DNA of 64,000 nucleotides, from contig CDPCPM010000010.1 in NCBI GenBank assembly GCA_976551045.1, forward strand, positions 18,042,001-18,106,000, read 5' to 3'. This DNA comes from Glaucostegus cemiculus. Taxonomy: Eukaryota. Under the pieces are notes generated by a model. That model saw nothing but the letters and a program-made list of their open reading frames with translations. It had not been told where the DNA came from and did no database searches. The translations under genes were made by a program, and so were the position numbers. Of the stretch, positions 37,861 to 50,514 are shown one piece after another. The first letter of the stretch is position 1. Every line of letters starts with the position of its first letter.

Positions 37861-38244
37861 AAACTTATTTTAACTAGTGCTAGTCACTCACAAAACTATA
37901 TTCCTTACTGCACAAGTAAACAAACCAACAACACATTTAGAGTTGGGTACATACTGAAATGATTATAATGAGCTAACATTCAAATGGACTGCATTAAAAA
38001 AAGGAGAAAAAAATAAAATCACAGGAATCATGGTTGTGATAGATTGAAAGTCCTGTTTCTCTGCTTTTCACTTCTATTGGTTAGAAATTAAATAGCACCA
38101 GTAAAGGCTCATTAAATGGTTGGAACCTCCAGCTGTAAAAAAAATAACAGACTTTACACAGATAGTTTCATTCAAAGGCCATTGAAAGTGTCAGTGAGGA
38201 TGGAGCACCTGGTGTCTGACAGATTATAAAGGAGCCAGAGAGAG

Positions 38245-40015
38245 AGAGAGTCCAGCATAGAGGTGGGTCCTTCAGCCTAAAATGCCAACCTTTTGCCTAT
38301 CTACACTGATCCCATTTGCTTGCATTATCCTTCTGTACCTTGCCTTTTCAAGTGTCTGTCTAAGTGTCCCTTAAACATAATGATTGTAACTGATTGGACA
38401 ACCTCCTCTGGCTGTGAGTTCCAGATATCAATTATTCCCTGTGTATAAATCTTCCTCCTCAACTCTCCTTTAAAACTCCTCTCTTAAGTCTATGCCCTTT
38501 AATTTTTGTTACCCCTACCATGGGAAAAAGATTCTGACTATCCACTCTGCCTATGCCTCTTAAAATTTTATCTACCTCTATCAGGTCACCCCTCAGCCTC
38601 CTTTGCTCCAGGGTAACCAAACCCAGCCAATCCAATCTCTCCTCATAACTAAATTCCTTCAATACAGAGAACATCCTGGTGAATCTCTCTGCACTCTCTC
38701 CAACACAACGTTTTCTATAGTGTGGCAACACTATAGGGGAGGTTGGCTGTGTGGTTAAGAAATTGGCTTTCCTGTAGAAGGCAGAGGGTTGTGATGGAGG
38801 GAGTGCCCTCGGATTGGAGGGCTGTGACCAGTGGAGTCCCGCAGGGATCAGTTCTGGGGCCTCTACTCTTTGTTATATTCATAGATGATTTAGATGAAGG
38901 AGTGGAGGGATGGGTTGGTAAGTTTGCAGATGACACCAAGATCGGTGGTGTGGTAGATAGTGTGGAGGACTGTAGGAGCTTACAAGGGGATATTGATAGG
39001 ATGCAGAACTGGGCTGACAGGTGGCAGATGGAGTTTAATCCGGAGAAGTGTGAGGTGGTGCACTTTGGGAGGACAAACTCCAGGACAGAGTATAAGGTAA
39101 ATGGCAAGGTTCTTGGCAGTGTAGAGGAGCAGAGGGATCTGGGGGTTCATATCCACAGTTCTCTCAAAGTTGCCTCGCAGGTGGATAGGGCTGTTAAGAA
39201 GGCTTATGGGATGTTGGCTTTTATAAATAAAGGGATTGAGTTCAAGAGCAGAGAGGTGATGATGCTGCTTTACAAAACTCTAGTTAGGCCGCACTTGGAA
39301 TATTGTGTTCAGTTCTGGTCGCCGCATGGAGAAGGATGTGGAGGCGTTGGAGAGGGTGCAGAGGCGATTTACCAGGATGATGCCTGGATTGGAGGGTATG
39401 GAATATAAAGAGAGGCTTAAGGTGCTGGGGCTCTACTCATTAGAGAGGAGGAGGATGAGAGGGGACTTGATAGAGGTATTTAAGATATTGAGAGGAATAG
39501 ATAGAGTTAATAGTCAGCACCTCTTTCCCAGAGTGCAGATGCTCAAGACGAGAGGGCATGCCTTTAAGATAACTGGTGGAAAGTATAGGGGAGATGTCAG
39601 AGGGAAGTTTTTCACCCAGAGAGTGGTTGGTGCATGGAATGCACTGCCTGGGGTGGTAGTGGAGGCAGATACGTTGGACAGGTTTAAGAGATTGTTAGAT
39701 AAGCACATGGAAGAATGTGGAATAGTAGGATATGAGGGTGGAAAGAGTTAGTTTGGGAGATGTTTGTAGGATGGCACAGCTTGATGGGCCGAAAGGCCTG
39801 TTCTGTGCTGTATTGTTCTATTGTTCTATTGTGCTAACTAGAACGGCATGTAATTCTCCAAGTGCAATCTAGCCAGTGGTTTGTAAAATCACAACACAAC
39901 GTCCCAGCTTTTATACTCTATGAAGGCAAGCACAACGTATGCCTTCTTCACCGTCCTATCTACCTGTATTGCTACTTTTAGGGAACTATGGACTTGAACC
40001 CCTCTGTTTATCTCT
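38245..40015 (-). mobile_element. Older CR1 (38245-38730 and 39835-40015) split by a younger CR1
   Basis: ORFs 38459-38731 and 39889-40107 are consecutive parts of the CR1 ORF2 C-terminus. Confidence 0.8.
38731..39832 (+). mobile_element. Young 5'-truncated CR1 LINE (RT C-terminal half plus 3' UTR)
   Basis: 221-aa ORF with GVPQGSVLGPLLF and KFADDTK, one frameshift near 39325, a second ORF to the stop at 39751, and a (TTGTTCTA)n tail. Confidence 0.95.
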
Positions 40016-40324
40016 GATCTCTTGTTAACTCTGGCCACGTACCATGCTAATTCTAGGTAATGTAAAAATAGTTCAAAATAATGAGAAATCAACCAAATTT
40101 GCAACATGTGTTAAATTTTTGGGTGCTTCTGACTAGCTTGAGGTCTTATGGAATTATATAGGTTGCATGTTTCTAATGTCACCCTCATCTAGCTGGTTGA
40201 CTCAAATCTACAGCCCCATTGACAATGAATACTCAGGTTAGCAAATCTTTCTCACTAGCTTTCTCATCCATTCTTCATCTCTAAGTTTGAACAGTGAGTA
40301 TTAATATGATCTGCAACCAAAATA

Positions 40325-40622
40325 TGGCAGGCTCGTTAGTGTAGCGGTTAGTGTAACACTGCTACAGTGCCAGAGACCCAGGTTCAATTCCGGCCACTGT
40401 CTGTAAGGAGTTTGTACTTTCTCCCCATGTCTGCATGGGTTTCCTCTGGGTGCTCCGGTTTCCTCCCACATTCCAAAAATGTACAGGTTAGGAAGTTGCG
40501 GGCATACTATGTTGGTGCCAGAGGCATGGCGACACTTGTGGGCGGTTCCCAGAACACCCTATGCAAAAGATGCATTTCACTGTGTGTTTTAATGTATGTG
40601 TGACTAATAAAGATATGTTATC
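40325..40622 (+). mobile_element. V-SINE
   Basis: Same family as 14363-14668. Confidence 0.88.
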
Positions 40623-41306
40623 ACAGATGAACACCGTATTGTGGTTACCTAAAAATTAAGGCACTAACGTAGGTTACTCATCTCATCATGTTTGGGCCAT
40701 GCATCAATCAGCAGGGACAATTATTGTAAATTTACCATTCATGGCTTGAAGATATTGTGGAAAACTGAGTCCTGTGCATTATCAGAGGAGTTGTGAGAAG
40801 AACTGAACACATATACACTCAACAACAAGTGCACAACCTCTGGCCGCAGGTTGCATGGATTCATTGATGAATCAACTGAAGATGACTGGGCCAAGAACTC
40901 CCTCTTGTTGTGAGTTGCAATATTTGGTCTCCAACTGTCATGTTCAAAGCACTTAAGCTGCAAGGGTTTTACTCAGCCCTTGTATGCCTGGGTTGCTGAT
41001 GTGCACATCAGACCATCAGAACTTCCACAAATTCCAAACCTGGTCACCAACCATGAAAAAATCTTTTGTTGGCACAATAGTAATTGTCAAAAGGAAATTT
41101 AATGAATTTACATATTGATTGACTAAATCTGTCCCTGTTTTCAGGAAAAAAATGTACTTCAACTAAAAAAGACGTACAGGTAGGTTAACTTGAGGGTTTA
41201 AAATGGGCGGCGCAGACTCGTTGGGCCGAAAGGGCCTGTTACCACGCTGTAAATAAAATTTAAAAAAATGTTTAAAAACTATGTTAAATCAATATGGCAA
41301 TGCAAA

Positions 41307-41325
41307 TACTGCCATCTGCTGGTGA
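41307..41325 (-). promoter_or_regulatory. CTCF-like motif
   Basis: Reverse complement TCACCAGCAGATGGCAGTA is a full core match. Confidence 0.5.
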
Positions 41326-41885
41326 TGAATGATTTCCCCGTTAAATTACCAAGTCAAATCAGGTGGAGTTTATTGTCATGAGATTATGGAATGGTTAGTG
41401 TGCAACAGTTTAGTGCCTGAGATTGAGGGTGATATACTGTCAAGGGCTGAAAATTGGTTAAAGACAGGAAGCAAAGAGTAGGAAATAAATGAGCCTTTCT
41501 TGGGGAGACAAACAGTAATTAGTTGGGTACCGCAGGGATCAGAGTTTGGGACCCAGCGTTTCATTATATCAATCAATGATTTGGATGTGGGAACTAAATG
41601 TAATATTTCTTAGTCTGAAAAATGACATGAAATTGAGTGGAATTATGAGGCTTCAAGGGAACTTTGATAATTGAGTAAGTGGGCAAATACATGGCAGAAG
41701 CAGCATCATGTAAATAAATATGAAATCATCCACTTTGCAAGGAAAAACAGAAAGGCAGAATTTTACTTAAATGGTGATGGATTGGGAAATGTTAATAAGA
41801 GTTCCAGGTGTTCTTGTATACCAGTCACTGAAAGCAAACAGGCAGATGATGTAAGTGATTAAAAAGGCAAATGGTATGTTGGCAT

Positions 41886-43735
41886 ACCACAACAGGTCTG
41901 CAGCAGACACAATCTTACTGGTTTTCCACTCTGCTTCAGAGCACCTAGACAACAGTGTCTGCTGTTTATCGATTACAGCTCAGTGTTCAACACCATCATC
42001 CCCTCAATACTAATCAATAAGCTTCAAATATTGGGCCTCTGTACCTCTCTCTACAACTGGATCTTCAACTTCCTTATCAGGAGACCACAGTCAGTGCATA
42101 ATAACATCTCCACCTCTCTGACAATCAACACAGGTGTACCTCAAGGATGCGGCTTAGCCCACTGCTCTACTCTCTCTACACTCATAACAGTGTGGCTAGG
42201 CACAGCTCAAATGCCATCTATAAACTTGCCAATGACACCACTGTTGTTGGTAGAATCTCAGATGGTGACAAAGAGGTGCACGTGAGTGAGATAGTTCAAC
42301 TGGTTGAGTGGTGTCACAACAACAACCTCACACTCAATGTCAGCAAGACCGAGGAATTGGTTGTGGAATTCAGGAAGGAGGAGTCGGGAGAACACACAAC
42401 AGTCCTCTTTGAGGGGTCAGCAGTGGAAAGGGTGAACCACCAAGTTCCTGGGTGTCAATATCTCAGTGGTTCTATGCTGGGCCCAACACTTTGATGCAAT
42501 CACAATGAAGGCATGCCAGCAGCTCTACTTCATTAGGAATTTGAGGAGTATGTCACCAAAGGACTGAAAGAGGCTGCAGAGGGCTGTAGACCCAGCCAGC
42601 TCCACCATGGGCACAACCCTCCCCACCATCGCGAACATGTTCAAGAGGTGGTGCATCAAGAAGATGGCAACCAACATTAAGGATCCTCACCACCCAGGAC
42701 ATGCCCTCTTCTCATTACTACCATTGGGGAGGAGGTACAGGAGCCTGAAGACCCACACTCAACGTTTCAGGAACAGCTTCCTCCCCTCCGCCATCAGATT
42801 TCTGAACGGTCCATGAACCCATGAACACTACCTCGTTATTCCTCTTTTACACTATTTATTTATTTATTTATTTACTTACTTACTTACTTATTATTTTTTG
42901 TAACTTATAGTCATTTTATGTCTTGCACTGCGCTGCTGCCACAAAACAACAAATTTCACAACATGTGTTAGTAATAATAAACCTGATCCTGATTCTGAAT
43001 TTCTATAAATGTATGGTGGAAAGCATTCTGACTGGCTGCATCACATCCTGGTATGGAGGCTCCAATGCACAGGATCGCAAGAGGCTGCAGAAGGTTGTAG
43101 ACTCAGCCAGCTCCATCATGGTCACAACCCTCCCCACCATCGAGGACATCTTCAAGAGGTAGTGCCTCATGAAGGCGGCAACCATCACTAAGGACCCTCA
43201 CCATCTGGGACACACCCTCTTCTTGTTACTACTATCAGAATCAGAATCAGAATCAGAATCAGTTTTATTGTCACAACCATATACACACACAGTATGCATA
43301 GGAGCGAGATGCCGTACTCCACAGGTGCACGTCACATTAAATATTAAACAGAAGAGACACACAGACAGAAAGACACTGAGAAACATTAGAACCACAAAAA
43401 TTAAGTTAAATTATACAACTTAAATAAGTAGTCTTAAAATAAGCGAACTGGCAATGGACATTTAAAGTGCTGGTGCGTTTCTGAACGCCTGGAAAGAAGT
43501 ACAGGAACCTGAAGACCCACATTCAGTGATTGAGGAATAGCTTCTTCCCCTCCACCATCAGATTTCTGAATGGTCCATGAACCTGTGGACACTACCTCAT
43601 TATTTCTTTGTTTTGCACTATTTACTTATTCTGTAATTTATAGTAATTTTTATGTCTTTGCACTGTACTGCTGCCACAACACAACAAATTTCACATCATA
43701 TAAATCAGTGATAATAAACCTGATTCTGTTTCTGA
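41886..43735 (+). mobile_element. Two tandem Rex1/Babar LINE 3' fragments
   Basis: [52 protein letters not shown]; tails aataaacctgat(t/c)ctgatt at ~42980 and ~43720. Confidence 0.88.
43235..43490 (-). mobile_element. Truncated element with (TTCTGA)n tail nested in Rex1
   Basis: (TCAGAA)n followed by ttttattgtcacaacca; shares its terminal ~50 nt with 48555-48620. Confidence 0.7.
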
Positions 43736-44879
43736 TTCATAGCAAGAAAATATGAGTACAGAATTGAGGAAGTCTTACAGTTATGGGTTCACCAGACTGA
43801 TTCATAGGATGGCAGGACTGTCATATGAGGAGGGATTAGATTGACTAGGTCAGTATTCAACATAGTTTAGAAGAAAGAGATTTCAATGAAACATACAAGA
43901 TTTTAATGAAACAGGGCTTGATGGTCTGGATACAGGAAGGATGTTTCCCCTGGCTAGAACCAGAGGTCACAGTCTCAGGATACAGGGTAAGACATTTCAG
44001 GCTGGGTGAGGAAAAACTTCTTTGTTCAAAAGGTAGTGAACCTATAGAACTCCTGACTGCAGAGTACTATAGAGGCCAAGCCACTTGACGTAGTTAAGGA
44101 GATGGATATGTTTCTAGACACAAAAGGCATTAAGTGGTGTAAGGAGAGAGAAAGAATATGATATTAAGATAGAGAATCAGTAATGGTCTCTGTGCCTTTA
44201 TATAGAAGTTACATGAACAATCTTCTCCAGTAAGTAACTTCCTTTTATTTGTTGGCGTGACTTGAGGAAGTGCGAGATTATTCTAAAGTACCGGCTCCAC
44301 TCCCCACTCTTCTTCTGCACAAGAGTTCAATTTTCAAAATTTCCATCCTCCTCTCCTTCAACTCCAGCTATACCTCAACGTGATTTTTTTCAGTGAAGTG
44401 GGGAGTTCCACCACGTGTCCAATGTTTACTTATGGAAAGGAGTTGAGGGAGAAATTGGGCTCTTTATTTATCATCTCCAGGCAGCAAACTGAGTCTAATT
44501 TCAATTGGAAATTGGTGATACATATTTTCAATGTATTTTGGAAGGTGCACAGCACGTGCATTGTGCGTGCCTGCTTTTAGTATATCGAGTAACCTGCTGA
44601 TAATCCAAATCCTCATTCAGGTCGCTATTGATACTAGCCCAGCCAAATGAGTTCAGGTTAATCAACCTAACAGACTGTTTTGAGATTGCACATGAAACCT
44701 GGTGTTCAGCAACAGGAGATTATTTAAACAGATCCTCAAATACTTACAGGTCTTAAGAAGAATGAGTTGGAATGACATTGGAATGGAGTCAGGAACAAAG
44801 TTTTATTTTGGAGCCTTCAGACAACGTGTGGGCAACATAGGAACTTCAATGCCACCTAGAACCACTCATAACTGGAAGA

Positions 44880-45300
44880 ACAAGCAGAGGGCTTACTGAG
44901 TATGGCAACCTGCCGCATAACAGAAGGAGGATGAGGAAGAGGGTTCCGAAAATGAGGCCCTGTTCACGAAAGGTATTCCAAGAGAGAGATCTGTCACATT
45001 CTGCACGTATGGGTGTACCCGCAGAACAGGACTTGAATCGTCCTTTTGTTGAATTAAAGCTAACTGCAGCTTTGAATTCCCCTGGTTGATCAGAAAGGTC
45101 ATGGAGGTTCTACTCACCAAGGAAACAAAATTCATCTCCTTTTCTTTTCAAAGGGAGCTACAGGAAGTGAATTTGAGGGAAGGTCTTTGCAATCATTCTG
45201 GACTTCCCCATGGTCTAGGGGGCAATGGATTGCACTATCTTGGTGCCAGGTTCTGCAGCATTGTGTCAGCAGTTGCATAGCAAACTTCCAGCATTTGCCA
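44880..45300 (+). mobile_element. Possible Harbinger relic
   Basis: RRRMRKRVPKMRPCSRKVFQER resembles the segment at 37.6 kb. Weak. Confidence 0.3.
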
Positions 45301-45724
45301 ACATTAGTAGCACAGAAGTTCAGGATTTCAGTATGTGCAAATCTGAATGTGCAAGTTCCAAGCTGTACTCCAGTGGCAGAGTGTGAACTTGGTGGAATTG
45401 TACCACAGCTTTGCTGAGTAAAATGCTCACAGATCCTGCACTAGATGGATCTCATGCAGCATCCAAGAATTCTACTATTTGAATGGAGATGTTAAGGCTG
45501 CAAATTGCAGAACTGGAGTTGATACTGGATACTGTTGAAACACATGTCCTGGAGGTGTGACGTGCAATTAACCTGAATGCCTTTTATTCATTGCAGGATG
45601 TTAACAAACTATGTGCTTGCATCTCATTGTCATAACTATGATGTGGTGGCAGTGGTTGATGCAGTGGTTAAGTTACCAGACTAATAAACTAGAGGCCTGG
45701 ATGAATAATCTGGAACAAAGGTCT

Positions 45725-47495
45725 TTGGAAATGGAATTGGTTTATTATTGTCACTTGTACCAAAGTACAGTGAAAAACAGATCAATTCACTGGACAGTGC
45801 ATCGAGGTAGTACAGGGTAAACCAATACAGAATGCAGACTAAAGTGTTACAGCTACAGAGACAGTGCAGTGCAGGTAGAAGATAAAGTGCAAGGTCATAA
45901 CGATAAGATAAGATCTTTATTAGTCACATGTACATAGAAACACGGGTGAAATGCATCTTTTGCGTCAAGCGTTCTGGGGACCATGCGCAAGTGTCACCAC
46001 GCTTCTGGTGCCAACATCGCATGCCCACAACTTCCTAATCCGTACGCCTTTGGAATGTGGGAGGAAACTGGACCACCCAGAGGAAATCCACACAGACGCA
46101 GGGAGAACATACAAACTCCTTACAGACAGTGGCTGCAATTGAGCCAGGGTCGCTGACGCTGTAATAGCGTTATGCTAACCGCTGCACTAGATTATGAGGT
46201 CAAGAGTCCATCCTATTATACCAGGGAACTACTCAATAGTCTTAAAACAGTGGGATAGAAGCTGTCCTTGAGACTGGCGGTATGTGCTTTCATACGTGCT
46301 TTTAGGCTTTCGTATCTTCTGCCTGATGGGAGGGGAGAAGAGCGAATGTCCGGGGTAGGTGGGGTCTTTAATAAGGCTGGCTGCTCTACTGAAGCAGCGA
46401 GAAATGTAGACAGAGTTCCTGGAGGGGAGGCTGGTTTCCATGATGTGCTGAGTTATGGCCACAACTCTCTGCAGTTTCTTGTTCCGGGCAGAGCAGTTGC
46501 CATACCAAGCCATGATGCTTCCAGGTGGGATGCTTTCTGTGGTGCATTAATAAAAGTTGATGAGTGTCAAAGGGGACATGCCAAATTTCTTCAGCCTCCT
46601 GCGGAAGTAGGGGTGCTGGTGAGCTTTCTTTGCCATGGCATCTGCGTGGTTGGAATGGGACAAGCAATTGGTGATGTTCACTCCTAGGAACTTGAAGGTC
46701 TCGACCCTCTCGACCTCAACATCGTTGATGTAGACAGGAGCATCCACATTGCTCCCCCCCCCCTTCCTGAAGTCAATGTCCAGGTCTTTTGTTTTGCTGA
46801 CATTGAGGGAAAGGTTATTGTCATGACACCATGTCACTAAACTCTCTATTTCCTCCCTGTACTCTGACTCATCATTATTTGAGATATGGGCCACTACAGT
46901 GGTTTTGTCTGCAAACTTTGAGATTAGAGCAGGATCTGGCCATGCAGTCACGAGTGTATAGGGAGTAGAGTAGGGGGTTAAGGATGCAACCTTGTGGGGC
47001 ACCAATGTTGTGAATAATTGTGCTGGAGGTGTTGCTGCCTATTCTCACTGATTGCGGTCTGTTGGTCAGGAAGTCAAGGGTCCAATTGCAAAGGGAGGTG
47101 TTGAAACCCAGGTCTTAGAGTTTGGTGATGAGTTTGCTTGGAATTATAGTATTGAAGGCAGAGCCATAGTCAATAAACAATAGTCTAACATAGGCGTCTT
47201 TACTGTCCAGATGCTCCAGAGATGAGGATAGGGCCATGGAGATGGTGTCCACTGTAGACCTGCTTTTGAATTGCAGTGGGTTGAGGTTTTATGGGAGGCT
47301 GAAGTTAATGTGTGCCATGAACAGCCTCTCGAAGCACTTCATGATGGTGGATGTCAGAGCCACCAGGTGATAGTCATTAAAGCGCATTAGCTTGTTTTTC
47401 TTAGGTATTGGGATGATAGTGGTGTCCTCAAAGCAGATGGGAACCTCAGATTGAAGCAGCGAGAGGTTAAAAAGGTGTGCAATATCCTTTGACAG
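45725..47495 (-). mobile_element. Rex1/Babar LINE fragment
   Basis: [51 protein letters not shown]; 3' end gtgacaataataaaccaatt. Confidence 0.9.
45905..46187 (-). mobile_element. V-SINE inserted in a Rex1/Babar 3' UTR
   Basis: Reverse complement of the 14363 family; aaggtcataacg before and tagattatgaggtcaag after join into a Rex-type UTR. Confidence 0.88.
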
Positions 47496-47637
47496 GATAT
47501 CGCACACTGACATAATGGATGTGCTCCCCAAAATGAATCTGGGGAGAGCATCAGGGATTGGATCCAACTGCTCTACACAGACATCAGTAGAGCAGTCCAA
47601 ATTAATGGGTGGGAAATGGAATACTTCCATATCCATA

Positions 47638-48620
47638 TTTTTTTTTTTTTTTTTTTAAGATGGCGGCGCACCTGGTTGCAGCGGCCTCTCCCAGGTCTGT
47701 AGTCCTTGGGTTTTTTTGTTAGTCTTCTAGTGTTTTCTGTAGTTTTTTTCTTGTGTGTTCTTTGTTCTGTTGTCTGTGTGCCGTTTTATGGAGTCGTTGT
47801 CGGCACTGTCGGCTCCGACGGCTCATCGGAGCTCGTCGGAGGCGGCAGCGTCTTGTAGGCCCGGGAGCCTCGTGGTGGCGTCGGGATGCGGGCGGTGAGG
47901 GGGCTGCTCGGGCCGGAGGTGGTCGGCCTGCGGAGTCGGAATTCGGGTCGGAGGTCGTCGGACTGCGAGGCTGGAATTCGGGGCCGGAGGTCGTCGGCCT
48001 GCGGAGTCGGAATTCGGGTCGGAGGTCGTCGGACTGCGAGGCCGGAATTCGGGTCGGAGGTCGTCGGACTGCGGAGCTGGAATTCGGGTCCGGAGGTCGT
48101 CGGACTGCGGAGTCGGAGGCGAAGGTGCCGGAGGTGGTCGGACTGTGGGCCGGAGGTGGTCGGACTGTGGGCCGGAGGTGGTCGGACTGTGGGCTGGAGG
48201 TGGTCGGACTGTGGGCCGGAGGTGGTCGGACTGTGGGCCGGGGGTTGTTGATGGTCTGTGGGCCCTGAGGTTGTAGGACTGGGGGGGTTGGAGGTGGTCG
48301 TCGGTGCGGGGTGAGGCAGGGGGGCTGTTAATGTTTTGATGTTTCTGTCCAGGTGTCCTTTGTTGTCTTTGATGTCTTTTGCACATGTATACGTGTAAGT
48401 GAAAATCGATAAATCGATCCTGAATTTAAGTTCAATCCCCTTAGCTTTTAAGGTGTAATGATCTATACTATGTATTCTGCCAAGTGTGTATGTGTCTCTG
48501 TTGGTTGTTATGTCATTTTTTTGTATGGGACGAGACCATGAGGACTCCTCTGCATACTTTGTATGTATGTGGTTGTGACAATAAAACTGATTCTGATTCT
48601 GATTCTGATTCTGATTCTGA
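47638..48620 (+). mobile_element. Young non-autonomous LINE-derived element with GC-rich internal minisatellite
   Basis: Poly-T then AAGATGGCGGCG at the 5' end, CpG-rich tandem array, 3' gtgacaataaaac(TGATTC)n tail. Confidence 0.75.
47913..48245. repeat. Compound minisatellite (six ~35-bp units, then five 22-bp units)
   Basis: GGAGGTCGTCGGACTGCGGAGTCGGAATTCGGGTC-type units, then GGAGGTGGTCGGACTGTGGGCC x5 (48130-48239). Confidence 0.9.
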
Positions 48621-50514
48621 AGTCTGTTGCTCACTCTTCTCCGCCTTGTCGTATTTAGCTAGAACTCTTCATTGAATCCTTCAGGAAGGATGCTGGCATA
48701 AGAGGGATGCCAATGCCAGGCAGTGGGACATGCAGATCAAAGCTTCCCTGTACATGGACAATGTCACCAGCTTCTGCTCATATCCAAGGCTGGTCCACGA
48801 ATTGATTAGCATCTGCCACCAATCTGAGCTGGCCTCGAGGGCCAGAGTCAACTGCAGGAACAGTGAGGCCATGTTTTTCGGCAACTGGTCTGACCAATCT
48901 TCTGCTCCATTCACCCTTGTCTGACTGCCTGCAAGTGCTGAGAATCTGGTTCAGAAGAGCCAGGACGTGTGCCAACAATTGGCTGGAGCAGGTAACCAAG
49001 GTCCAACAAAAACTGGGACAATGGGAGTGGAGATGCCTCTCAGTGGAGGGAAGAATGTGTTCATCAGGTGGGAGATGCTCTCAGTGTGGCTGCACATGCT
49101 ATGGGTGTGGCCTATATCCTGCTCCTGCACTGTCATGATCACACAAGACATCTTCTACTTCATTGGAGATCCAAGATACAGGTCATTTGAAGGATTGTGA
49201 TGTAGAAGTCTCCAAAGAATGGAGGATAAGGTGTACCTAACATTGCCCTCATCCTGATGACCACCTTTGTGTGTGTCTACATCAAACTGTGCATGGAAGC
49301 AAAGTATGCAAACACCAAGTGTCACTACATGCCGAGGTTCAACCTGTCCCTGCTGATAGTAATGATGGACTTGGCCTTGTTGCTATGCAATGCTCTATTC
49401 TATTGGACCTTGCTGCACTGCTTGCTCTATGTAGAAAAGTTTGTGTGGAAAATCACCTTTGATCACAAGTCCATCAGGTAGTGGTCACCATGGAATGTCC
49501 TGCAGCATCTCCAGGCAAAGGGCATGATGGATCCTGTGGGATGATTTCCCAAGCAGATTGCAAAAACTATTTGGCAGATCGTCTCATCACCAGAGCTCAC
49601 CAACTAGCATTAGAACTTACTTGGCTGCTAACGAATGGGGCCCTTTGCATTAGATCCTTCCTGCTCAGTCAGCATATCACTCCCTTGAGACAGTGGCAAT
49701 GAGGACAAGATGATTGCCCATCTCTTTGTGAACTGCACATTTGCAGCAAAGGTCTGGAAGACAATGCAAGACCCAAGCAATTGCATAACAGAGGATTCTC
49801 CGGTCTACAGACCATTCCCAGGGATATGTACTGAGGCAAACATGAAGATTGTTAACTCAGTGAAAGACACACTTAGGTCTGCCTGAAAATTGTTGATCTT
49901 CCAGTGCAAAAAGATGTCTGTAAGTAAATGCTGCCAACTGGCTTATTTCTGGCTACAAGGATACATGCTTAGGGATACACTGAAGCTCACCGCAGCCAAT
50001 GCAAAGGCTTTGTGGGGAAGGGCTTCAATCTAAGGTCCTGCCATTAAACACCAAGTGGCTGTGTCATGTGTAACAGCACCTGAAACACTTGAAGTGTGTG
50101 TTGTTGAGAGGCCACATGAGTGTCATTGGTGCTTTGTAAATGGAATGTATTAACCTAACAACACTATGAATGCATTGACTTGATGATACTGTGAGTGTAA
50201 AGAAAGCCATGTACTGCTTTGTATTTCCTGGAAGTTTTCTTTTGAATTCAAAACAAACAAGGTATTAGTCTTAGTAACCATGATTACAAAACTACCAGAC
50301 TATCATAAAAACATACCTGGTTAGCCTATGTCCTTGAGGCAAGAAAATCAATGCCTTGGCGAATCTGTGACTCCAGTCCCTCAGCAGTGTGGTTGACCCT
50401 TAACCATTCTCTGAAATTGCCAAGCAAGGCACTCAATTGTGTTAAACCACCACAATAAAACATTTCCTTTTTATTCCTCACGATTTTCATTTAAGTCTGG
50501 TGTTGGCTAAAGGT

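Larger units (their letters stand above)
41380..44190 (+). mobile_element. Old CR1 (41380-41885 and 43740-44190) split by Rex1/Babar copies
   Basis: gggtaccgcagggatcagagtttggg...aaaaaggcaaatggtatgttggc before the insert; atagcaaga...gagtaca...ggttcaccagactgatt after it. Confidence 0.7.
47500..50260 (+). mobile_element. Tx1/L1-clade LINE relic split by a younger insertion
   Basis: MDVL.KM..GE.IRDWIQLLYTDIS.AVQING before 47638; KASLYMDNVT..C, SELASRARVNCRNSEAMFFG and GG.GVPNIALIL after 48620. Confidence 0.8.

Noticed and set aside
38743-39751. Reverse transcriptase ORFs as a host gene or retron-like system
   Set aside because: Ordinary 5'-truncated, frameshifted CR1 LINE.
40739-40963. 74-aa minus ORF with a donor-like GTAAAT as an ALPK1 exon
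   Set aside because: No similarity to ALPK1 or to any protein I recognise.
47913-48245. Repeat array resembling CRISPR
   Set aside because: No unique spacers, no cas genes, eukaryotic context.
47753-48634. Long ORFs (282, 187 and 171 aa) on both strands
   Set aside because: By-products of a stop-poor GC-rich minisatellite; the peptides are repetitive with no domain.
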